From positions 1-44,333 of the IMG/VR virus record IMGVR_UViG_2909246061_000002: a stretch of DNA of 44,333 nt; one strand, 5' to 3'. This stretch comes from a virus (taxonomy: Duplodnaviria; Heunggongvirae; Uroviricota; Caudoviricetes). Positions 37,722 through 44,333 of the stretch are shown here, piece by piece (the stretch's first letter is position 1; each line of letters opens with the position of its first letter). The translations under genes and the position numbers were made by a program. The notes beneath the pieces were generated by a model that was not told where the DNA came from, did not search any database, and saw only the letters and a program-made list of their open reading frames with translations.

Positions 37722-38474
37722 ATGGCAGTATCTGACCAGACCCGCAGCGGCGACCTTGCTGAAACATTCAAATCTGAACGGGAAACAACAAAGAACCAGA
37801 TCCGAGTCGCCTTGCCTGGCATTATTCAGTCATTCGATCCTGATGCGGTGACGGCGGTTGTGCAGCCTGCTATCCGTTCGGTTGAAAAGGATAATGACGG
37901 CAACCGCATTACCAAAAATTACCCATTGCTGGTGGATGTTCCAGTGATATTCCCACGTGGCGGAGGATGTACGCTAACGTTTCCGATTAAAGCCGGGGAT
38001 GAGTGTCTTGTCGTTTTTGCCGATCGTTGTATTGATTTCTGGTGGCAGAGCGGCGGAATACAGGAACCGGTTGATGACAGAATGCATGATTTATCGGATG
38101 CGTTTTGTATTGTCGGTCCCCAGTCGCAGGCGAGGAAGATTAGCGGTATTAATACCAGTGCCACACAGTTGCGTAGTGACGACGGCAGCACCTATTTTGA
38201 GCTTAATCCTGATACCAGGAAAATTAAAATTGTCGCTCCGGGGGGGCTTGATGTGGTTGCCCCTCTGGCTGATTTTTCTGAGAAAGTAACCATTCATGGC
38301 CTGTTAACCTGGATGGGTGGCATGGTAGGGTCTGTTGTTTCTGGTGTGGCTTCAAAAATCACTGGTGCTGTTGAGTTTTTGGGTAGCGTGAAAGCTAACG
38401 GCAAGCCAATCGATGATACGCACACTCATGGCGGTGTTCAGCGCGGTGGAAGCAATACCGATGGGGTAAACTGA
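37722..38474 (+). CDS. baseplate central spike/hub protein (gp138 N-terminal-domain-like)
   Basis: 250 aa; position before W-like and J-like baseplate genes. Confidence 0.55.
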   Translation: MAVSDQTRSGDLAETFKSERETTKNQIRVALPGIIQSFDPDAVTAVVQPAIRSVEKDNDGNRITKNYPLLVDVPVIFPRGGGCTLTFPIKAGDECLVVFADRCIDFWWQSGGIQEPVDDRMHDLSDAFCIVGPQSQARKISGINTSATQLRSDDGSTYFELNPDTRKIKIVAPGGLDVVAPLADFSEKVTIHGLLTWMGGMVGSVVSGVASKITGAVEFLGSVKANGKPIDDTHTHGGVQRGGSNTDGVN

Positions 38475-38827
38475 TGCGATACAGACGTGAAGACGCCGAT
38501 GGCGATTATACCTTTGGCAGCGGTGATGACACCTGGCTGATTAACTCACCGGAGGCCGTGGCGCAGGCGGTAAAAACGCGATTCGAATTGTGGTATGGGC
38601 AATGGTTTCTCGATACCACCGAAGGGACTCCGTGGATCCAGTCTGTGCTCGGTAAGCAGAAGCCGGAAACCTACAACCTGGCGATCCGTAAGCGCATCCT
38701 CGAAACGCGGGGCGTTAAATCAATCCTCTCTTTCAATACGACGGTGGATACCACGACCCGACGTGTCATGTTTTCCGCTGAAATCGACACTCTTTATGGA
38801 ATAACGACTGTTACATCGGAGGCGTAA
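38474..38827 (+). CDS. baseplate wedge (W/gp25-like) protein
   Basis: 117 aa; position. Confidence 0.45.
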   Translation: MRYRREDADGDYTFGSGDDTWLINSPEAVAQAVKTRFELWYGQWFLDTTEGTPWIQSVLGKQKPETYNLAIRKRILETRGVKSILSFNTTVDTTTRRVMFSAEIDTLYGITTVTSEA

Positions 38828-40026
38828 TGGCTCTGAACCTTGATTCTCTCGGTTTATCTGCAAAGGTAACCGCGGAGGGGATCAGTGCGCCTGATTATCA
38901 GACGATACTCAGCACCCTGATTAGCTATTTTCAGCAGATTTATGGCAGTGATGCCTACCTCGAACCGGACAGCAAAGACGGCCAGATGGTGGCTCTGATG
39001 GCGCTGGCGATTCATGATGCCAATAATACGGCGATAACTGTCTACAACTGTTTTTCACCGGCAACCGGCTATGGGGCTGCACTGACCAGTAACGTGAAAA
39101 TAAATGGTATTTCACGTAAAGGCGCGACGAACTCTACGGTTGATTTGCTTCTTACAGGAACTGCCGGAACAACCATCATTAATGGCAGCGTGAAAGACAG
39201 TAATAATGTGATATGGCGTTTGCCTGCTTCAGTGGTGGTCGGCGTGGATGGTACAGTGATGGTGACCGCAACATGTTCCGTCAGTGGTGCAGTGGCGGCG
39301 CTGGCTGGAACTATCACTGAAATTAATACGCCAACCCGTGGCTGGGTTTCGGTAACCAATCCTGCTGCAGCTACTGTAGGCACTCCAGAAGAAACTGATG
39401 CGGAGTTACGTATCCGCCAGTCGCAAAGTGTTGCGTTGCCATCAATAACCCCATTTGAAGCACTGGATGGTGCCGTTTCTAATGTTACCGGTGTAACCCG
39501 CCACAAACTCTATGAAAACGATACTGGTTCGGAGGACGGTAACGGGTTACCGCCACACTCTGTTGCTGTAATTGTGGATGGCGGTGATGTGACGGATATT
39601 GCTCAGGCTATCAGAGGGAATAAAGGCCAGGGGACAGCCACTCACGGTACAACATCCGTTACGGTTCCGGATAAATACGGCAATCCCCATGTAATCAAAT
39701 TCTCGCGTTCCAGTGATGTACCTGTTTATGCCCGGATTAAATTAAAAGTTTTTACGGGTTATACCTCACAGATAGGGCAACAGATCCAGCAGGCTATTTC
39801 CGACTATATCAATAGTCTGATGATTGGTGATTCGGTCCTTTTAAGTCGCATTTACTCACCGGCGAATCTTGGCGTGGTGAGTGGCGGGAATGCACGCTAT
39901 TACGATATTCAGGAACTGACGATTGGGAAATCCCCGGGGGCTTTGTCGTCATCAAACATTGATATCAGATACAACGAATCTGCGTCCTGTACCCCGGAAA
40001 ATATCGTTATAACGGTGGAGTCATGA
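38827..40026 (+). CDS. baseplate J-like protein
   Basis: 399 aa; position and size. Confidence 0.6.
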   Translation: MALNLDSLGLSAKVTAEGISAPDYQTILSTLISYFQQIYGSDAYLEPDSKDGQMVALMALAIHDANNTAITVYNCFSPATGYGAALTSNVKINGISRKGATNSTVDLLLTGTAGTTIINGSVKDSNNVIWRLPASVVVGVDGTVMVTATCSVSGAVAALAGTITEINTPTRGWVSVTNPAAATVGTPEETDAELRIRQSQSVALPSITPFEALDGAVSNVTGVTRHKLYENDTGSEDGNGLPPHSVAVIVDGGDVTDIAQAIRGNKGQGTATHGTTSVTVPDKYGNPHVIKFSRSSDVPVYARIKLKVFTGYTSQIGQQIQQAISDYINSLMIGDSVLLSRIYSPANLGVVSGGNARYYDIQELTIGKSPGALSSSNIDIRYNESASCTPENIVITVES

Positions 40027-40703
40027 GCAAATACACCGAACTAATCACGAACTACCACGCCACCAAACCTAAATTTCTTGCGCATGTTGATCTGATGACC
40101 CGGCCACTTATTGATGTTGCGGCTGCCACCAGAGGGCTGATTACTGCATTTGATATTGACTCTGCGGTTGGTGTGCAACTTGACATTCTTGGATTGTGGA
40201 TCGGACGTAGCCGTGTTGTCAGCCAGCCTATCTCAGGTGTCTATTTCAGCTGGGATACCGACGGGCTTGGATATGATCAGGGTGTATGGCAGGGGCCATA
40301 CGATCCTGATTCCGGATACATGTACCTCAGCGATGAAACTTATCGTGTCATCCTTAAAGCGAAGATTGCGATTAATAACTGGGACGGACTGAATGATTCG
40401 CTTCCGGCAATTCTTGACGCGGCAACAGCAGGATCCGGGCTGCGAATGCAGATTGTCGATAACCAGGACATGACGATATCGGTCTGGGTCTTTCCTGATA
40501 CTGATATTTCAGATGTATCGCGTGAGTTAATTGCTGCAATTAAACAGGGATATCTCACAGTAAAAGCCGCCGGGGTGTGGGCGGGTGGCATTGAAACACC
40601 TTCGGTGGAAACCCCATCGGAAGGTTCAAAATTTTTTGGTTTTGATATGGATAACGAATTCATCAGTGGTTTTGATGTAGGGGCATGGGGAGTATTACTC
40701 TGA
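40023..40703 (+). CDS. baseplate/tail protein (I-like)
   Basis: 226 aa; overlapping stop-start. Confidence 0.45.
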   Translation: MSKYTELITNYHATKPKFLAHVDLMTRPLIDVAAATRGLITAFDIDSAVGVQLDILGLWIGRSRVVSQPISGVYFSWDTDGLGYDQGVWQGPYDPDSGYMYLSDETYRVILKAKIAINNWDGLNDSLPAILDAATAGSGLRMQIVDNQDMTISVWVFPDTDISDVSRELIAAIKQGYLTVKAAGVWAGGIETPSVETPSEGSKFFGFDMDNEFISGFDVGAWGVLL

Positions 40704-41407
40704 TGGCAAAAAATGACTTTAAAGCGTTTGCAACGGATCGAAATGCCAATGTTATATCGCAGGAGGAATGGGAAGCGTTGCCTGCGCTTTTATCCGGATT
40801 TACAGCAGGGAAAGCATCCAGTGCGCAAGTCAATAAGGTTATTCGGCAGGCCAGCTTTATTGCTGCAGCTCTGGCCCAGTTTGTAAGTGACAAAACGCAA
40901 CGGGATGTGCTTGATAATGGTGATCTGCCCGGTTTTGTTGAATTGCTGGGATCGGGGTTTGCTGTTGAATACCTGAGCCGCAAGAATCCGTTTGGCGATA
41001 TCAAATCGGATGGTACTGTGCAAACGGCTCTCGAAAACCTTGGTTTGAAAGAAGCCGCAAAACGAGAGGTCGGAACAGAACCAGGCCAAATTCCTGATAT
41101 GTCGGCTTTCACTTCTGGTCCTGGATGGGTTCGTTTTCCTAATGGCACAACAATTCAGTATGGTTCCACAGGCTTTGCTCCCGGTGTGAATAATCAGTAC
41201 GTCACATTACCTCGCGCATTTTCCTCTAATAATTTCAGGGTCGCTACTGTCTGGAATGACATTGGGCCTTCTGATGGAGGCGCTACAGCTCAGGCGGCTG
41301 CCGATATTGCTCTTGGCACTGGGTCAAAAGCCACAACACGGTTTGGATTATGGCAGGGTGGACCTGGTGGGTTTAACGTTGATTGGATAGCAGTTGGGGA
41401 GTCTTGA
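40685..41407 (+). CDS. tail fibre protein (short)
   Basis: 240 aa; Gly-rich C-terminus; followed by a fibre assembly gene. Confidence 0.5.
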   Translation: MGSITLMAKNDFKAFATDRNANVISQEEWEALPALLSGFTAGKASSAQVNKVIRQASFIAAALAQFVSDKTQRDVLDNGDLPGFVELLGSGFAVEYLSRKNPFGDIKSDGTVQTALENLGLKEAAKREVGTEPGQIPDMSAFTSGPGWVRFPNGTTIQYGSTGFAPGVNNQYVTLPRAFSSNNFRVATVWNDIGPSDGGATAQAAADIALGTGSKATTRFGLWQGGPGGFNVDWIAVGES

Positions 41408-41409
41408 TT

Positions 41410-41844
41410 ATGACAGCAGAATACGTATGGAGTCCGTCCAGTGCTGGGTTCTACCCATTGATTGAAAAAGAACGGCTCAAGGCGGCAGGGGGATGGCCGG
41501 AGGACGGTGTTGATGTATCGTCGGAAGAATATGCAGCGTTATTCCCGGCTCCATCGGGCAAATACATTGGAAATGTGGATGGGCGTCCAGGATGGGTTGA
41601 CATGCCCCCTCCCACTCCTGAGCAGCTTCAGGAAGCGGCACAATCAAAGAAGGCAGCTCTCAGGGCAAAGGCTGATTCTGAAATCAACTGGCGTCAGGAT
41701 GCTGTTGATGCTGGTATCGCAACTGATGAAGAAACTTCAACTCTCACCGAATGGAAGAAATACCGTGTGCTGCTGATGCGTGTTGATACTTCAACAGCAC
41801 CCGATATTGAATGGCCTACGCCTCCGGAAGTTCAGGCCAGATGA
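41410..41844 (+). CDS. tail fibre assembly protein
   Basis: ATG at 41410; N-terminal YVWSPSSAGFYP motif typical of Tfa chaperones. Confidence 0.6.
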   Translation: MTAEYVWSPSSAGFYPLIEKERLKAAGGWPEDGVDVSSEEYAALFPAPSGKYIGNVDGRPGWVDMPPPTPEQLQEAAQSKKAALRAKADSEINWRQDAVDAGIATDEETSTLTEWKKYRVLLMRVDTSTAPDIEWPTPPEVQAR

Positions 41845-41931
41845 CATCCGGCGCACAGGACAAAACTGAGACAAACAAAGCTTTGTACTGGATTGCAAGG
41901 CTTTGTGCACTTCGATAGTGGTTAAGGCGGA

Positions 41932-43086
41932 TCACTCCACCTTTTCATCAAGCCAGTCCGCCCACCATTGCATCATTTCTCTGCGCTTATCGAGATACTG
42001 AGCATGGTTGTAAATCCCGCGCACAGATCCGCCGTTGGCATGTGCCAGTTGCACTTCAATAGCGTCAGCAGGCCATTCGTGCTCGTTCATAATCGTGCTG
42101 AATTCATGCCTGAATCCGTGACCGCTTTCCAGACCTTCATAGCCGATTTGTTTGATCACAAGCAGTACCGCATTCTCGCAGATTGGCTTCTTCTTATCGT
42201 TGCGCCCGGCAAAAACAAACTCTGATACTGGTTTGGTGATGGAGCTTAACGTAGTGAGAAGTTCAACCACCTGGTCTGACATCGGGGCCACATGAATTTT
42301 GCGTCCTTTCATCACACTGGCGTCGATGGTGATAATCCTGTTTTCAAAATCGACGTTCTTCCATAGCATGGAACGAAGCTCTTTCGTTCTTAGGGCAGTG
42401 TAGCGTAAAACCTTGGTGGCAATGAGCGATACGATACTTCCTGAAAATGTTGCCAGTGCTTTATTGAATGCCGGGATCTGGTCTGCAGGAAGAAACGGGA
42501 AGTTCTTCTTGCGGTACCCCTTCATGGCGTCAGCAAGGTCAGGTGCCGGGTTATATTTAGCCCTGCCGGTGACAATAGCGTAACGGAAAACCTCGCCGCA
42601 TCTTCTGCGGGCTTTGTTGGCTCGCTCCATTGCACCGCGATCTTCAAATCTGCGGATTACTTCCAGCAGTTGCATCGGCTCAATATCCTGAATCTCAAGA
42701 CCGCCGATGATGGGTAAAATGTCGTCATCAAACATTTTGGCAAGTTCAGTTGCATAGCCTACTGACCAGACTTGCTTCTTGTGCTCGTACCATTCCTTGT
42801 AAATGGCACTAAAGGAATTGTTGTTAGACGAAGCCTTTTTCGCTTTTACCGGATCGATGCCAACCGAGATGTCTTTCCTCGCGGTCCATGCTTTATCTCT
42901 TGCCTCCTGCAAAGTCATTAGCGGATATTTTCCGACGGTCAGGATTTTCTCCTTACCGTCAATCTTGTAGCGAAGCTGCCATACCTTTTTCCCTGACACA
43001 GGGACATAAAGGTACAGGCCATTACCATCGAGTAGGCGGTATGGTTTTTCTTTCGGCTTTGCTGCTTCAATCTGCTTAACGGTGAG
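41932..43086 (-). CDS. intS: tyrosine integrase, 385 aa
   Basis: ATG at 43086 (the ORF-track GTG at 43125 is upstream); N-terminal arm-binding domain and C-terminal catalytic domain with HxxR; adjacent to argW; sequence and length match my recollection of K-12 IntS. Confidence 0.8.
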   Translation of the reverse strand, partial: LTVKQIEAAKPKEKPYRLLDGNGLYLYVPVSGKKVWQLRYKIDGKEKILTVGKYPLMTLQEARDKAWTARKDISVGIDPVKAKKASSNNNSFSAIYKEWYEHKKQVWSVGYATELAKMFDDDILPIIGGLEIQDIEPMQLLEVIRRFEDRGAMERANKARRRCGEVFRYAIVTGRAKYNPAPDLADAMKGYRKKNFPFLPADQIPAFNKALATFSGSIVSLIATKVLRYTALRTKELRSMLWKNVDFENRIITIDASVMKGRKIHVAPMSDQVVELLTTLSSITKPVSEFVFAGRNDKKKPICENAVLLVIKQIGYEGLESGHGFRHEFSTIMNEHEWPADAIEVQLAHANGGSVRGIYNHAQYLDKRREMMQWWADWLDEKVE

Positions 43087-43250
43087 CATGGGTAAAAATC
43101 CGGTGGGTAAAATTATTTTATCCACTTTTTACCCGTCATGGAGTGCGGCTGTCAACGATCTGAAGCGGACCATGACGAACTGTGAATCTACGGAAGGCTT
43201 GATATTCAGGGGATTTTGCGGACTGGTACGGATGGGAGCGAACTGATAAA

Positions 43251-43325
43251 TGGTGTCCCCTGCAGGAATCGAACCTGCAATTAGCCCTTAGGAGGGGCTC
43301 GTTATATCCATTTAACTAAGAGGAC
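43251..43325 (-). tRNA. argW: tRNA-Arg (anticodon CCU)
   Basis: Minus strand reads GTCCTCTTAGTTAAATGGATATAACGAGCCCCTCCTAAGGGCTAATTGCAGGTTCGATTCCTGCAGGGGACACCA; cloverleaf with CCT anticodon and encoded CCA. Confidence 0.9.
43265..43280. repeat. 16-bp att core within the argW T-arm (copy of 221..236)
   Basis: Exact repeat of 221..236; lies between the tRNA 5' part and the integrase-proximal tRNA 3' end. Confidence 0.5.
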
Positions 43326-43400
43326 AATGCGGCATGAGTATACCCGCTAATGGAGTGCGGGGTAAGTACGCTGCCGCTCGATTGCTTAAACCCTCGCCAT

Positions 43401-44333
43401 TTATGCCGGGTTTTTATAATTTTTCTTAATGTTTTCCGCACGTTCTGCTTTTTGGCGTGCTTCTGCTTTACGCTTATTGCTCATGTCGTTACGAATCTGT
43501 GCATGACTCATTAACGCGAAGATAAAGGTGCCGCCGCAGATGTTCCCCGCTAAAGTAGGTAGTGCGAAGGGCCAGATGAAATCGCTCCAGTGCAGCGTAC
43601 CGTTAAACACCAGATAGAGGATTTCAACAGAACCGACCACGATATGGGTGGTGTCACCCAGGGCAATAAGCCAGGTCATCAATATAATCACCACAATCTT
43701 TGCCGCACCCGCTGCAGGAAACATCCAAACCATAGTGGCGATCAGCCAGCCGGAAATGATCGCGTTGGCAAACATCTCGCTGGGGGTGTTCTTCATCACA
43801 TCCATGCCGATTTTGACAAATGCATCGCGAGTTTCTTCATTGAAGATAGGCATATATTCAAATGCCCACGCCGCAATACCTGTCCCGAGAATATTACCCA
43901 GCAGCACGACGCCCCATAACCGTATAAGTAAGCCGAAGTTGCTCATTGTCGGTTTTTGCATGACGGGTAGTACCGCAGTCACGGTATTTTCGGTAAATAA
44001 TTGCTGGCGGGCCATAATGACGATAATAAAACCAAAGGTATAACCGAGATTCTCCAGCAAGAAGCTGCCCGGCACACCTTCCAGTTCGACATGAAATATC
44101 CCTTTTGCCAGTAACGAAGCGCCCATCGACAGACCCGCCGCAATGGCTGACCACAGTAGCGCCATTGCGTCGCGTTCCAGCTCTTTTTCACCATCCTGGC
44201 GGATATGCTCATGAATTGCCATCGCCCGGGAGGGGAGTCGGTCTTCATCTATTTCTATTTTTTTGCCGCGCTCTTTTTCTTCGCTCTCAACTTCAATTTC
44301 GTCGCTGTGTTGATCAATTTTGTCGTTGTCCAT
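43401..44333 (-). CDS. yfdC: formate/nitrite transporter (FNT) family inner membrane protein
   Basis: 310 aa; multiple TM segments; chromosomal neighbour of argW in E. coli K-12 as I recall; start codon at the window end. Confidence 0.75.
   Translation of the reverse strand: MDNDKIDQHSDEIEVESEEKERGKKIEIDEDRLPSRAMAIHEHIRQDGEKELERDAMALLWSAIAAGLSMGASLLAKGIFHVELEGVPGSFLLENLGYTFGFIIVIMARQQLFTENTVTAVLPVMQKPTMSNFGLLIRLWGVVLLGNILGTGIAAWAFEYMPIFNEETRDAFVKIGMDVMKNTPSEMFANAIISGWLIATMVWMFPAAGAAKIVVIILMTWLIALGDTTHIVVGSVEILYLVFNGTLHWSDFIWPFALPTLAGNICGGTFIFALMSHAQIRNDMSNKRKAEARQKAERAENIKKNYKNPA

Overview
This window is an essentially complete lambdoid prophage of about 43 kb integrated at the tRNA-Arg(CCU) gene argW (43251..43325, minus), next to the chromosomal FNT-family transporter gene yfdC (43401..44333). 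The IntS-like integrase sits beside the tRNA and a TorI/AlpA-like excisionase sits at the opposite end (1..201), the layout I recall for the KplE1/CPS-53 family. Right to left the prophage reads: integrase, tail fibre and baseplate, a contractile tail (sheath, tube, chaperone with a -1 frameshift, tape measure), head genes, portal, terminase with an upstream HNH gene, a lysis cassette nearly identical to lambda S/R/Rz/Rz1, Q antiterminator, nin region, DnaB-type helicase, O-like initiator with iterons, cII, cro, cI, N-like antiterminator with nutL/nutR, and a minus-strand early-left operon carrying a Sak4 ATPase / SSB-like recombination module. Calls rest on reading the translations, start/RBS context and recalled family motifs; no database search was run. 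The main candidates for something new are: (1) an AT-rich cassette directly downstream of cI, at the position of lambda rexAB, encoding a Clp-fold serine-protease-like protein and an overlapping small helical ORF; (2) an HNH-AP2 homing-endonuclease gene inserted precisely between two Cys codons of ninF; (3) a Dam-like methyltransferase coupled to a PAPS-reductase-family protein; (4) a promoter-to-terminator moron inside the tail operon encoding a secreted protein, a small protein and a DUF2335-like membrane protein; (5) a MazG-like/DUF551 fusion protein in the early-left operon. None of these has a function I can establish from sequence alone.
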